A stretch of DNA of 60,677 nt from Candidatus Eiseniibacteriota bacterium (GCA_043819135.1 JBDRFG010000034.1:1-60677), one strand, 5' to 3'. Shown: positions 8,979-19,629, counted from the stretch's first letter. The notes: a model not told the origin generated them from the sequence alone. Made by a program: numbers and translations.

Positions 8979-9659
8979 ATGCGCACTGAGAGATACGCCG
9001 GCCTTGCCGTGGCGGCGATGGCACTGGCGATCTGCATGCTGGCGCTCGGAGCGACGAGTGCAGGCGCCGAGGAGGTCGTGAGGGTCAGCGCCGCAGAAGC
9101 GTCACAGCATGTGGGCGAGGTAGCTGAGGTCTGCGGGCAGGTGGCCAGCGCCGCCTACCTTGCTTCGGTAGGCGGCCAGCCCACATTTCTGAACATCGAG
9201 AGACCGTACCCCGACCAGGTCTTCACGGTCGTCATCTGGGGGTCCATCAGGAAGCAGTTCGACGGCCGTCCGGAGAACCTCTTCGACGGGAAGTCGATCT
9301 GCGTGACCGGCAAGATAGCAATGCACCAGGGCACGCCGCAGATCGTCGTGGACGACCCGGAGCAGATAGTCATCACGACTGAGGCTCGTGGCACCGAACT
9401 CCGAGATTTCGAGAAGGTGTTCGTGAAGGCAGTGCTGTCAGCGCTCGGCTACGATACCAACTACGGCTCGGGGGAGTGGGACCAGGAGACCGTGGAGGCG
9501 ATGATCGCGTTCCAGGAGAACGCCGGGGTCACGCTCACGGGCGAGGCAGACCCGCCCACGCTGAGGGCGCTCGCGGACGCGGCAGAAGAGATGCCGGACT
9601 CGGAGCGTGACCTCGTCATTCGGCTGCTTCTGTTCGAGCTGGCGCGGCGGCAGGAGTGA
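8979..9659 (+). CDS. Secreted OB-fold protein with C-terminal peptidoglycan-binding domain
   Basis: Signal peptide; PTFLN...YP.Q.FT.VIW...GK.ICVTG.I....G.PQI; L.ALGY...G.WD..T.EA..AFQ...G...TG.AD..T. Confidence 0.75.
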   Translation: MRTERYAGLAVAAMALAICMLALGATSAGAEEVVRVSAAEASQHVGEVAEVCGQVASAAYLASVGGQPTFLNIERPYPDQVFTVVIWGSIRKQFDGRPENLFDGKSICVTGKIAMHQGTPQIVVDDPEQIVITTEARGTELRDFEKVFVKAVLSALGYDTNYGSGEWDQETVEAMIAFQENAGVTLTGEADPPTLRALADAAEEMPDSERDLVIRLLLFELARRQE

Positions 9660-11115
9660 AGTCGGCCACCACGGGAAGGTGGTCGGAGGCATCGAGCGTG
9701 TCTTCCGCCCTGAGACCGTAGCGCTCTAGGTCCTCTTCAGTCAGCCCGCTCGTCTCGAGCGCGAACGCGCGCCGCAGCTCCAGCACGCTGTCCGAGTAGA
9801 CGATGTAGTCGAGCTTGCCCGGGGAGAAGGAGCTCCGGGCATCTCTCCATGTGAACACGTCGCGCCATCCGTTCACCCGCGGCCAGGTGTCCGCGAGCGG
9901 CGTTCCATCCCAGTCGGCCGGATGCGACGGACCGAACGTCTCCTCGTCAACGATCTCACCATCGGTCAGCGTCCGGACCTGACCGGCGCCTCCCACCAGG
10001 TTCATGTCGCCGGCTATAACGATCGGCGTCCCCTCGGGCAAGTCGAACTCCAAGGGCGGCTCATCGGGCGGCTCGAGCACGCCTCCGGGAGTCTGCAGCT
10101 CGCGCAGCCACGCCGCGATGCCGTCCAGTTCCCGCTGGCGTTCCACCTCCTTGTCGCAGCACGGCGGGTGCGCGCTCACTACCGACAGGTCGACGCCGTA
10201 CCGGTCGTCTGGAAGGTCGATGAGCGCCCAGTAGTTCCCGGACTCGTCGATAGACCGCTCGTGCAGCAGCGGGTACCGGCTGACGATATGGCCCTCGCCG
10301 CTCGAGGCCCCGTACCAGCGCGGGCCCGGCAGCGCGAGGGAGACCTGGTCCGCCGCCTGCTGTGACGTGTGCGCCCATATCTCCTGGAAGCAGATGACGT
10401 CGGGGTCGAGCGCCCTCAACACGCGGATGAACGGCGCGGGCCGCTTGAATAGCCCGTCGAAGAGCACGTTCCAGGTGACGACGCGGATGTCGTCCGGGCT
10501 TCGTCTCTCGAGGTGGACGGTCTGTAGAGGAGGCGCCGGTTCGTGGGTCAGCTGAACGGTCACGGACCCCTCGTCCGGCAGACGGTCGCCGGTGTCGCTT
10601 TCATCGTCAATCAGGACGAACGACGCCCGCGGTCCTGGTGCGATGTCCGCGCCGTCGCGCGCCCGACGCAGGAACGACACCTCGAATAGTCCCGACGAGA
10701 CCGTCGGGGCCTGTCGAAGTCCGATGTCGGCGTGCTCCACCGTCACACCTTCGTCGTCGGACCAGAGTTTGCCCTCTCTCTTGCCGAACGTCCACGCGAG
10801 TTCGGCGCCTATCCCTTCGATGGCCCGTCCTGTCGAGACGTCGTCGTCTCCGTCAATGAGAAGCGTGATCAAGTTGCCGCCTTGAAGGCTGATCTCCGAA
10901 CCGACATCCAGCAGCAGCGTGATCCTCTCGTCGTCGCTCCGCATCAGGACGCTCCCGAAATCGATCACGTTCCCGTCCCCACTCGGGTCCATCCAGCACA
11001 CATCGATTCCGCCCCAGTCCTCGAAGAGGCCGTCGACAGCGACCGGAGTTTCCTCGCAGGCTGCCGAGCCGGCGATTCCGAGGAGCACCAGGGCCACGCA
11101 CACCGTTCGTCTCAC
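9616..11115 (-). CDS. Secreted endonuclease/exonuclease/phosphatase family protein
   Basis: RVVTWNV, DVICFQE, IAGDMN, KLDYI, SDHLPV; signal peptide from GTG 11115. Confidence 0.85.
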   Translation of the reverse strand: MRRTVCVALVLLGIAGSAACEETPVAVDGLFEDWGGIDVCWMDPSGDGNVIDFGSVLMRSDDERITLLLDVGSEISLQGGNLITLLIDGDDDVSTGRAIEGIGAELAWTFGKREGKLWSDDEGVTVEHADIGLRQAPTVSSGLFEVSFLRRARDGADIAPGPRASFVLIDDESDTGDRLPDEGSVTVQLTHEPAPPLQTVHLERRSPDDIRVVTWNVLFDGLFKRPAPFIRVLRALDPDVICFQEIWAHTSQQAADQVSLALPGPRWYGASSGEGHIVSRYPLLHERSIDESGNYWALIDLPDDRYGVDLSVVSAHPPCCDKEVERQRELDGIAAWLRELQTPGGVLEPPDEPPLEFDLPEGTPIVIAGDMNLVGGAGQVRTLTDGEIVDEETFGPSHPADWDGTPLADTWPRVNGWRDVFTWRDARSSFSPGKLDYIVYSDSVLELRRAFALETSGLTEEDLERYGLRAEDTLDASDHLPVVADFTPAAAPARTEAAE

Positions 11116-11388
11116 GTTGTTTCTCCATGCGGGGTTTGCACGAGGGGCCGCGTCTCGGGCGCGGGGCGAATTCATCTCCAATCACTACAGCATAAGCCTT
11201 CCACGGGTCAAGGCAGGAAGGAGAGGGGACCCGGGTCTCAGGACGACCGTACGACGCTCCTTGACTGACACAGGTTCCCGTCGGATACTCGACGGACCGT
11301 AGCCAGGCTGTGAGGTTCACCGAGAGGAGTTGCCTTGTCACGCTCTGACCTGTCTTTGTCGGCTCCCACACGGGCGCCCGGCTCGCCG

Positions 11389-12822
11389 ATGACGCGTCCC
11401 GGAACTCGAGGGTGGGTCCGCGTCGCGACCGCGTGCATTGGAGCCGCGCTCGCCGTTGGAGGGTGTTCCGGGCCGTCCCTGGACCCGGGAGTTCCGAGGC
11501 ACGTCGTCGTCATTTCGATCGACACGGCACGGGCGGACCACTTCGGGTTCCTGGGTAGCCGGCACGTCAGGACGCCGGGGCTCGATGGCTTCGCTCGGGA
11601 GGCCATCGTCTTCACGGACTACATGACGGTCGTCCCGACCACTCTGGCGTCGCACGCGACGCTCTTCACAGGGAAGTACCCCCTGCATCACGGGACGCCG
11701 CGAAACGGGTTCATGATCAACGATGCGAACGAGATGCTGCCCGAGACGCTGCAGCGGGCCGGCTTCCGCACCGCGGGCTTCGCGGGCTCCTTCGCGCTGG
11801 ACGAGCGATTCGGATTCGCGCAGGGCTTCGACCACTACGACCAGGAGTTTGACATCTTCGTCGGTGACGAAGGGGCAGACCAGAACCAGCGGCTCGCCGG
11901 GCACGTGACGGACGCGGTGATCGAGTATCTGGATGCTGAGGGTGTACCGGATCGCCTCTTCCTCTTCGCTCACTACTTCGACCCGCACGCGCCCTATACG
12001 GCGCCACCGCCATACGACACCATGTACGACCAGCTCGGGACCCGCGGTCTGCTTCCCGCAGCCGCCGTCAAGCGCCGCGCCGACATCACGTCGGAAGAGG
12101 CGCAGGAGGCCGTTCGCAGGCTGGCGCTGGCCTATGCCGCCGAGATCTCGTACACGGACGAACACGTGACCCGGCTTCTCGACGATCTCCGACAGCGCGG
12201 CGTCCTCGACGACGCACTGGTCGTGATCACCAGCGACCACGGCGAGTGTCTCTGGGAGCACGACGAGGAGTTCGACCACGGTCGTACCGTCTACCAGGCG
12301 ACCATGCATGCCGTCTGCGCCATGAGGCTTCCCGGAGGCGAACTGGGAGGCACTCGCGTGGACGAACTCGTCGCCAACATCGACGTGCTGCCCACCGTTC
12401 TGGACCTGTTGGGGCTGGAAGTGCCCGCGGGCACGGACGGAGAGTCGATGCCTCTCAGGGTTGTGGAGGAGGGCATCGCCCCGAGGGTCCTCTTCGGAGA
12501 GGCCAGCAAGCCGCGCTCGCAGGCGGAGACGGACCCCAGGTGGACGAACATCCGGAAGGCGCGGTGCATCCGCGACGGGCGCCACAAGTTCGTGTGGACC
12601 CCGTATCTCGGAACTGAGGAGCTCTACGACGTGGCGGCCGACCCTCACGAGACGTCGAACCTGCTCGAGTTGCCCACGAGCGAGACGCCGGAGCTGGCGG
12701 CCGACATGCGCGCGAGGCTCGAAGCCTGGACCGACTCGGCCGACCCGCTGCCCTCGACGTTCGATCCCTCTCAGACTGAGGAGAGCGTCAGAAGGCTCAG
12801 GAGTCTGGGGTATCTGCAATAG
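11389..12822 (+). CDS. Sulfatase-like hydrolase/transferase (Thr type), lipoprotein
   Basis: ISIDTARADH, PTTLASHATLFTG, HYFDPHAPY, TSDHGE, ELYD...DP.E, C-terminal RLRSLGY; VGGC lipobox. Confidence 0.85.
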   Translation: MTRPGTRGWVRVATACIGAALAVGGCSGPSLDPGVPRHVVVISIDTARADHFGFLGSRHVRTPGLDGFAREAIVFTDYMTVVPTTLASHATLFTGKYPLHHGTPRNGFMINDANEMLPETLQRAGFRTAGFAGSFALDERFGFAQGFDHYDQEFDIFVGDEGADQNQRLAGHVTDAVIEYLDAEGVPDRLFLFAHYFDPHAPYTAPPPYDTMYDQLGTRGLLPAAAVKRRADITSEEAQEAVRRLALAYAAEISYTDEHVTRLLDDLRQRGVLDDALVVITSDHGECLWEHDEEFDHGRTVYQATMHAVCAMRLPGGELGGTRVDELVANIDVLPTVLDLLGLEVPAGTDGESMPLRVVEEGIAPRVLFGEASKPRSQAETDPRWTNIRKARCIRDGRHKFVWTPYLGTEELYDVAADPHETSNLLELPTSETPELAADMRARLEAWTDSADPLPSTFDPSQTEESVRRLRSLGYLQ

Positions 12823-12850
12823 ACTCATCCCGCGAAGCCGGCCACGAGAC

Positions 12851-12887
12851 GAAGCCGCCGCCCCGATCGGGACGGCGGCTTCTTTCA
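12851..12887. terminator. Terminator between convergent genes
   Basis: gaagccgccg...cggcggcttc followed by tttc. Confidence 0.7.
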
Positions 12888-12926
12888 TCTACGATCCTCT
12901 GAGCGCCAACCTCGCGCGCCAAGCGT

Positions 12927-15900
12927 CTACCGTATCACGACCATCGTCTTCGACTCGACGCCTTCCTCGGTCGTCAGCCTGCAGAAGTAGACCCCGCCGG
13001 GCTGGCCGTCGGCCCTCCACTCGATCGTGTGCGGTCCGGCGCTCATGCCCTCATTGGCGAGCACGGCCACGCGCCTGCCCGCGACACTGTAGACCTCCAG
13101 TGTCACGTGCGATTCGTGCGGAAGGACGAACACTATCTCTGTTGCGTCCCGGAACGGGTTCGGACGGTTGAAACGCAGCCCGGGCTCGGTGAGCTCCGCG
13201 TTCTGGAACTCAAGTTCGCTGGAAGCCGGACCGCTCTCGCATGCAGTCGTAACAACGTTCGCGCCCGAGTCGTACGTGTAACCGGACAGCGACACGCCCG
13301 TGACGGTGAAGCACCAGTCCGCCGGGGGCGTCTTGGTCCTGTTGCTCGTGATCTCGGCGACTCCGCTACCGTCCGTCACACCGGTCTTCGTGGTTGCGTC
13401 GGGGGCGTTAAAGTAGCCGGAGACGGTGGCTCCCGCCATCGGAGCACCTGTCCCGTCGGCGACGGTGACCCAGGCGCGTCCGTAGTAGTACCTCGACGGC
13501 TGGATTCTACCGACCGTGATGCTCGATACGTGCACCGTGTCGTTCGACTCCTCGAGGACCGCGATATGGTCGGGCTTCGTCTCGACGTCCGAGCCCTCGT
13601 CGTTGGTCGCGGTCAGCGATACCGTGTGGGTCCCGATGGCCGTGTAGGTATGCGAGGGGTTCTGAGCCGTCGAAGTCCCACCGTCACCGAACGTCCAGCT
13701 CCACGACGTGGGAGCGCCGCTCGACGTGTCCGTGAACTGAACGAACAGCGGCACGTAACCGGACGTGGGGTTCGCCGCGAAATTGGCTACCGGAGGCTGC
13801 GCCGTGGCGTCGGACGCGAAGTACATCTCGTCCACGTACACGGTGTCGAGGCTCAGCAGGCCCCAACCGCGGTTCGTGTCCCTCACGCGTACGTAGACGG
13901 TGCCCGCTGTGCTTGCCGGCACCGACACGGAGTAGACCTGCTCCGTCGCGCTCGCCACCGTGACCAGGCCCAGATACGTGGACCCGTCGGTCGAGTACTC
14001 GAACAGGAAGTCGTCACCGTCGGAGTTCGTCGGACGGTACGCTTCGACGTAGAACGTGACCGCGGTCCCGCCCGTGACGTTGAACGTCCACCTGTGCTCG
14101 AGGTAGCTGTAGCGCTTCACCGGATGGCTCGTGTAGAGGATCTCGGTCAGCGCCTCGAGCACGTTGTTGCTCGAGTACGTGTCGAGGTAGCTCCCGGCCA
14201 CGGTCCCCGTGGTCGTCTGCTCGGAGCCGGCGTAATCGCGCACCTCCGAGGTGGTCGCCACCGTGATGTAGTTGGTCTTCGTCTCGGTGTCCGAGCCGTA
14301 GACGTTCGTGACCGTCAGCGACACCGTGTAGTTGCCGTCCGCCGCGTAGGTATGGCTGGGGTTCTGGGCCGCCGACGTTCCGCCGTCACCGAACGTCCAG
14401 CTCCAGGAGGTTGGCGAGCCGGACGAAGCGTCCGAGAAGCTGACCAGGAGCGGCGCGCTGCCCGAAGTCGGGGTGCCGGTGAAGTTGGCAACTGGAGGCT
14501 GAGGCGTTGAGCCGCCGACCGCAGCCTCGGCGTCGACCATGCCGTAGCCGGCGTAGCGGTCCCAACCAGTCCCGGACTCGACGCTTACGACGTCTTCCGC
14601 CGTGTCGCACAGCCGGTCGCGGATCTGCTGCGGCGAGTATGTGGGGTAGGCGGTCTTGATTAGACCGCAAACGCCCGCCGCATACGGCGCCGAGCACGAC
14701 GTGCCGTTGAACCACATCTCGTAGTCACCCGACTGATACCCGCCACTCCCGAGGATGTCGGTCGTCGGGAGGATGGTGGGGGCGATGACGTCCACCGCCG
14801 CGGCGGCGTCCTGCGTGCTGAGGCCGTAGCTCGAGCCCCACCACCGCTCGCCGTCGCACGTGTAGCCGTTCGGGTCGGTGCTGACGCCCGGGTTCACCTC
14901 AGTAGAACTCGAACTCGAGCGTTTCCGCTCGCCGCAAGGAGATGCCGCCCCAACGCCGACCACGTAGGCATTGTTGGCCGGATAGGGGAGGCTGGACAGA
15001 TTGTAGTTGCCGGTCGAGGCCAGAACGAGCACGCCGTTGTTCCACGCGTACTGGATGGCCGCGTCCGTGTCGGGCTCGCTCGAGAGCGATGCGCTCAGGC
15101 TCATACTGATGACGTCCGTGCCGTTATCGACCGCCCAGTAGATTGCGGGCGCCATCGCCGTGATGTACATGCTGCCGGAGCTGTTCGCTATCTTCATGGG
15201 CATTATCTTGCAGCCGCCGGCGATGCCCACGGCGCCCATGCTGTTGTTCGCGATCGCCGCGGCGACACCCGCGCAGCACGTGCCGTGGCCGGCCTGGCCG
15301 CTGTCGTCATCCGGGTCGCTGTCGTTGTCACCGTAGTCGTAGCCGGCCACCGTGGAGATGTCGGGATGGTCGGTGTCGACGCCGCTGTCGATGATGGCAA
15401 TGATGACGCCGGAGCTTCCGTATCCGCCCGGAGCGTCCCACGCGGCCGGGGCGTTGCTGTCGAAGCCAACGGTGCCGACGGGGTCGCCGTTCTCATGGCT
15501 GTGCGTGGCCCAGTCGTAGGAGAGAAGCTGCGCCGTGTTGTTGTGTCCCCAGTTGTAGGGGTAGTACGTGTCGTTGGGGACGGCGTCCGGGTAGAGCCTC
15601 CAGTCGGGCAGCGCGTACTCGACCGCCGGGTCCGCCGACAGCCGCTCGCAGAGAGCCGGTACGTCCGTGTCCGCGTCGAGTTCCATAACGAACCAGCGAT
15701 GCACGCCGTGATCGGTCGCGTAGGCCTGGTCCGCAGGCATGTCGTTCAGCCGCCACACACGCGTGAGGCCGCTCTCCGCGACCATGTTGTCGACCGCGAG
15801 GATGCCGACCGACGCGCGGCCCGCCGTAGCGCCGCGGCGCATCTCGACGGACGCGAGGGTGGAGGACTCCAGTGCCTGTTCCGTGAACTTGACTCTGACT

Positions 15901-16061
15901 CTGCCTGGTGCGTAGGGGAGTTCTGTGGCCGCTTCGCGCGTCGGTCCGAACTGGACGGGCGCGAACACTCGGGGATCGGTATTCTCCGCCGACGCAAGGG
16001 AGCCGAGCGCCAGCGTGCCGAGCAGGGTGATGACTAGGAGCGCGAGTCCGGTCTTTCTCAT
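12927..16061 (-). CDS. S8 subtilisin-like serine peptidase with two PKD domains and FlgD/T9SS-like C-terminal domain
   Basis: IAIIDSG, GHGT, NGTSCSAP catalytic triad; two SWSWTFGDG PKD repeats; NRPNPF...YSVAGRRV...GVYFCRL tail. Confidence 0.93.
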   Translation of the reverse strand: MRKTGLALLVITLLGTLALGSLASAENTDPRVFAPVQFGPTREAATELPYAPGRVRVKFTEQALESSTLASVEMRRGATAGRASVGILAVDNMVAESGLTRVWRLNDMPADQAYATDHGVHRWFVMELDADTDVPALCERLSADPAVEYALPDWRLYPDAVPNDTYYPYNWGHNNTAQLLSYDWATHSHENGDPVGTVGFDSNAPAAWDAPGGYGSSGVIIAIIDSGVDTDHPDISTVAGYDYGDNDSDPDDDSGQAGHGTCCAGVAAAIANNSMGAVGIAGGCKIMPMKIANSSGSMYITAMAPAIYWAVDNGTDVISMSLSASLSSEPDTDAAIQYAWNNGVLVLASTGNYNLSSLPYPANNAYVVGVGAASPCGERKRSSSSSTEVNPGVSTDPNGYTCDGERWWGSSYGLSTQDAAAAVDVIAPTILPTTDILGSGGYQSGDYEMWFNGTSCSAPYAAGVCGLIKTAYPTYSPQQIRDRLCDTAEDVVSVESGTGWDRYAGYGMVDAEAAVGGSTPQPPVANFTGTPTSGSAPLLVSFSDASSGSPTSWSWTFGDGGTSAAQNPSHTYAADGNYTVSLTVTNVYGSDTETKTNYITVATTSEVRDYAGSEQTTTGTVAGSYLDTYSSNNVLEALTEILYTSHPVKRYSYLEHRWTFNVTGGTAVTFYVEAYRPTNSDGDDFLFEYSTDGSTYLGLVTVASATEQVYSVSVPASTAGTVYVRVRDTNRGWGLLSLDTVYVDEMYFASDATAQPPVANFAANPTSGYVPLFVQFTDTSSGAPTSWSWTFGDGGTSTAQNPSHTYTAIGTHTVSLTATNDEGSDVETKPDHIAVLEESNDTVHVSSITVGRIQPSRYYYGRAWVTVADGTGAPMAGATVSGYFNAPDATTKTGVTDGSGVAEITSNRTKTPPADWCFTVTGVSLSGYTYDSGANVVTTACESGPASSELEFQNAELTEPGLRFNRPNPFRDATEIVFVLPHESHVTLEVYSVAGRRVAVLANEGMSAGPHTIEWRADGQPGGVYFCRLTTEEGVESKTMVVIR

Positions 16062-16258
16062 CGTGCCTCCTTCAGGGCTCTGGGCATTCCACGGGTGCAG
16101 GCGTGGGAACGCCGACAGCAGTCGGTACGGACGACGAGCGATGATTCTCCGAGTCACCTCCTTTCGCGGGAGTACCTTGTGCGACTGGGATCATACCTAG
16201 TGTGACCATCATACCACGCGGCCTCTACCTAACCCAGTGTGACTTCCGACAGCTCGCG

Positions 16259-16300
16259 GTGGACGGAGGGCGACCCAGTGTGGACGGAGGGCGACCCAGT
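16259..16300 (+). repeat. Perfect 21-bp tandem duplication
   Basis: gtggacggagggcgacccagt x2. Confidence 0.9.
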
Positions 16301-16408
16301 AGCGTAAGGTCATGGCGTCACACGTGACAGTCTGAGCCGGAGTCAGCGTGGGTGAACGGAGCGCTGGTGAACCCGATATCTGCCTGCAACGCTCGAGGGG
16401 GCAACGAG

Positions 16409-16741
16409 ATGGCGAGATACCGATGTGACGTCTGCAAGGTCTACGAGTACGACCCGGAGCGCGGGGATTCTGTGACCGGCATGAAGCCCGGCACCGGGCT
16501 GAAGGAATTCCCGGACGGGTGGGCGTGTCCCATCTGTCTGTCGGACAGGACACATCTGCACTTGATACCCGAGGAGGAAAAGGAGACCCGCATGGCTGAC
16601 ATACACCGCATGTCCGCGAGCGGTGAGTCGATCGTCGAGCCCATGCGCACGTTGGTCTACAGCGTCACGCCGCGGGCTCCCCGCGGGTGGAGCGAGCGTC
16701 TTCCGCAAAATGACGCTTCTGAAGTAGGGTCGGCTACTTAA
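16409..16741 (+). pseudogene. Rubredoxin-domain N-terminus, probable truncated remnant of a rubredoxin/FMN glutamate-synthase-like fusion
   Basis: YRCDVC..YEYDPERGD...PDGWACPIC, then MADIHRMSASGESIVEPMRT linker, then apparently non-homologous sequence. Confidence 0.6.
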
Positions 16742-18131
16742 TCAGGAGCAGCTTGCCGTCCGCCGTCTCCATCCCTGACACTGCTCGGACGAAGTAGACA
16801 CCGGAGGCCACTTTCTCTCCGCGCTCGTCCCGGCCATCCCAGACCACCTGATGGACCCCGTTCCAATCGCCGCTCCCCGTGAGCGTACGCACACACCGTC
16901 CGCTCGCCGAGTAGATGGTCACCTCGAGCCCGTCCGTCCCGCGAGGCAGCGCGCAAGAGACGGTCGTCGATCCGGAGAAAGGGTTGGGCGCCGGCGCGTA
17001 GAGAACCAGTGCGCCGCTGGCAACCTCGTCGCTCCCACCATCGATGCCCGTGCCGCATCCGCCCGAACCTGTGGCCCCTATCTGCTCTCCCCAGGGGTTG
17101 TAGTCCGGGAGGCAGGGCGAGTCACTATGGAGCCCATAGTCCCGCTGGACCGGGCGACAGAAGAGCGGGTCATCGAACAGGTTGTCGTGGTAGTTCCCCG
17201 ACAGGCTGTCTCCACCCGCGTTTCCAGAGACGCAGCAGTGCGTTATCTCCGGAGTGGGGCCAGTGCAGGTCACCGTTCCGCCTCCCTCGTTGAGTGCCAT
17301 GACGGTGTTCGTCACGAGCCCCGGCGCCTGAGAGGCAAACATGACCGCTCCGTCGAACGCGACGTTCTCCACGAGGGTACACGCGTCGAGGGTGGGCGTT
17401 GCGTTGGCGCCGGCCATGATGGCTCCTCCGAGATTGACCGCGCTGTTGCCGATGAACGTGCACGTGTCGAAGAGAGGCTGGGCGAAGAACGTGCAGACGG
17501 CGCCTCCGTTCAGGTCGGCCGAGTTGCCCGTGAATGTGCACGACGTGAAGACCGGAGCGCTCTGTTCGCAGTAGACGGCTCCTCCTCCGGAGCCCGACAG
17601 GTCGTGAGCGCTGTTCTCGTTGAAGACGCAGTTGGTTACGATGGGGGACGAGTTCGCCACCATCAGCATTGCCCCGCCGGAGAGATTGGCTGTGTTCTCG
17701 GAGAACACGCAGTTGGCTATCGTCGGAGACGAGCCCACGCAGCGGATCGCCCCGCCGTAGAAGTCCAGGCCGTTTGTGACGGTGAATCCGAAGAACCACG
17801 ACGATGGTCCCTCTCCGGACTGGAAGGAGATGCATCTCGACAATTCCTCGCAATCGATCGTGGTCGCATCAGGTCCTCCCTCCGACATCAACACCATGTT
17901 CGTCCCAGCGAAATTCAGAGCGCGATTCAACGCTCCCGCATAGGTGCCCGGCGCAACGAGAACAGTATCGCCCTCGCTCGCAGCGTTGATGCCTTCCTGA
18001 ATGGTCAGGTAGTCCCCGCTGCCTGCATGATCGACCCTGTAGGTGGCACCTTGAGCAGGGAGTGTCGCGAGGACGGTGAGGCAGGCGAGACAAACGATAC
18101 AGACGATACAAACCTGCGCGATGCTTTTCAT
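16734..18131 (-). CDS. Secreted right-handed beta-helix (GGA[I/V], FxxN repeats) protein with FlgD/T9SS-like tail
   Basis: DYLTIQEGINAA..GDTVLVAPGTY, repeated CxFxxNxA..GGA, DPLFC...SPCL, PAPNPF...SGVYFVR...KLLLIK. Confidence 0.88.
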   Translation of the reverse strand: MKSIAQVCIVCIVCLACLTVLATLPAQGATYRVDHAGSGDYLTIQEGINAASEGDTVLVAPGTYAGALNRALNFAGTNMVLMSEGGPDATTIDCEELSRCISFQSGEGPSSWFFGFTVTNGLDFYGGAIRCVGSSPTIANCVFSENTANLSGGAMLMVANSSPIVTNCVFNENSAHDLSGSGGGAVYCEQSAPVFTSCTFTGNSADLNGGAVCTFFAQPLFDTCTFIGNSAVNLGGAIMAGANATPTLDACTLVENVAFDGAVMFASQAPGLVTNTVMALNEGGGTVTCTGPTPEITHCCVSGNAGGDSLSGNYHDNLFDDPLFCRPVQRDYGLHSDSPCLPDYNPWGEQIGATGSGGCGTGIDGGSDEVASGALVLYAPAPNPFSGSTTVSCALPRGTDGLEVTIYSASGRCVRTLTGSGDWNGVHQVVWDGRDERGEKVASGVYFVRAVSGMETADGKLLLIK

Positions 18132-18428
18132 GGTGTCCTCCGTGTCTGACCGCGGGGCATGCGCCTGTGTCGCTCCCACGCGGCCGGTCGGCGTGGGTGG
18201 GCGCTAACGACTGCACGGCCCCAAATGCAAGAAACGGTCCTCGCAATACGTGACATGGTGGATGCGCCGCGAGGCACCGTCCGGTGGCGAGATACCAGTC
18301 ACCGGGGTCACGTGGATGTGCCGTAACAAAGAGGAGGACTCGCCATCTACCTCTCTGCGCTGAGCAGGATTACGGCACGTTCGTCGCGCCATGTCCTGCG
18401 CTCACGCGAGTGTGCAACAGAGTGACAC

Positions 18429-18444
18429 TGGCACTGTTCTTGCC
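18429..18444 (+). promoter_or_regulatory. Sigma54 -24/-12 promoter
   Basis: TGGCAC-TGTTC-TTGC with correct GG-N10-GC spacing, about 65 nt before ATG 18508. Confidence 0.65.
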
Positions 18445-18507
18445 TGCTGTCTGAATCTGTGTGTACCACGAATGAGGCGTTCTTTGCATGTGGGGAGAGG
18501 AGGCTGG

Positions 18508-19629
18508 ATGCGGCATCTTGGTGTTCTGACATTGGTGTTCGTGGCGGTGCTCGGCCTGTCGGTCACTGCGACCGCGCAGGAGACCTACTGCACGCTGGGT
18601 CAGCAGGTCTGGGGTCATGAGACGCGGGAGTTCAACGGCGTCACGATCCCCGCTATTCTCGACAGCTTGATAACGGAAGCGAACCCGCTGGTCATCGGCA
18701 TGCCGGGACGGGGCGTCACGTTCCTGGACGGTTCGGAACCGACGATCACAGCCGGGTTGACGGCCAGCTGGAAGGCGGCGCCGCTGCCCGAGAATCTCGG
18801 TGACGCCGTCATTGACTCCGGCTGCGTTCTGCCGGCCGAGTTCCCTGCCAGCAACAAGGGCAAGTTCCGCGGCAGCTTGTTTGGCGAGACCATCGCTCTT
18901 TCTCTGAACACGAGGCTCGATCCCGACCTCTTCGACCTGGCGGTGTGTCCGGTGATGCTGACCGTCGGGGCACTGCCCGGCGAGGACGGGTTGTACGGCA
19001 CAGCCGACGACTCGCTGTGCGCGGCCTGCGACACGATGACCATCCGCATTCCGGAAGAGGTGGTGGCGGCGCTCGGTGACACGTCAGGTATGGGAGCGAC
19101 AGTCGGCGACATCCTCGGGCTCGCCAATCTGACACTCGCGGGCCAGGACACGCTGTTCGACGTCACACCGAAGCAGGTCAATCAGGCGGTGAAGGTCCTC
19201 AATCGAGGATTCAAACGTTGCAGATTCCTCGTCGATTGCACCTCGGTGCTGCCGGACACCCTTGAGATCATCGATGTCAAGGGTATCGTGTACCCGAACG
19301 ACCCGCCTGAAGGCGGAGCACGGGCCGCCGGCGCCACCTCTGAGTGGGGTGAGCTCTCCCTCCGCTCCACCAGCCCGGTGTCGGACATGGCCGCTATTGC
19401 CTACAGCGTCCCCGAACCCTGCCGGGTGCGCATCTCCGTATACAGCGTCACTGGTCGCGAGGTGGACGTCATCGTGGATGGAGAGGTCAACCAGAGGGAC
19501 AACTTCATCCAGATGCCCATCGATTCCGGCCGCATGCCATCCGGTGTCTACTTCGTCCGCATGAGCGCCACGGGCACGGCCAGCGGGCGTGCCTATTCGC
19601 AGACCGGCAAGATGCTCGTTCTCCGCTGA
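18508..19629 (+). CDS. Secreted hypothetical protein with FlgD/T9SS-like C-terminal domain
   Basis: Signal peptide MRHLGVL...ATA|Q; tail YSVTGREV...SGVYFVR...KMLVLR; GGAGG RBS. Confidence 0.75.
   Translation: MRHLGVLTLVFVAVLGLSVTATAQETYCTLGQQVWGHETREFNGVTIPAILDSLITEANPLVIGMPGRGVTFLDGSEPTITAGLTASWKAAPLPENLGDAVIDSGCVLPAEFPASNKGKFRGSLFGETIALSLNTRLDPDLFDLAVCPVMLTVGALPGEDGLYGTADDSLCAACDTMTIRIPEEVVAALGDTSGMGATVGDILGLANLTLAGQDTLFDVTPKQVNQAVKVLNRGFKRCRFLVDCTSVLPDTLEIIDVKGIVYPNDPPEGGARAAGATSEWGELSLRSTSPVSDMAAIAYSVPEPCRVRISVYSVTGREVDVIVDGEVNQRDNFIQMPIDSGRMPSGVYFVRMSATGTASGRAYSQTGKMLVLR

Noticed and set aside
13640..14420. Duplicated DNA inside the S8 protease gene
   Set aside because: Explained by two ordinary PKD domains.
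16259..16300. 21-bp direct repeat as a CRISPR array
   Set aside because: Only two adjacent copies, no spacer, no cas genes.
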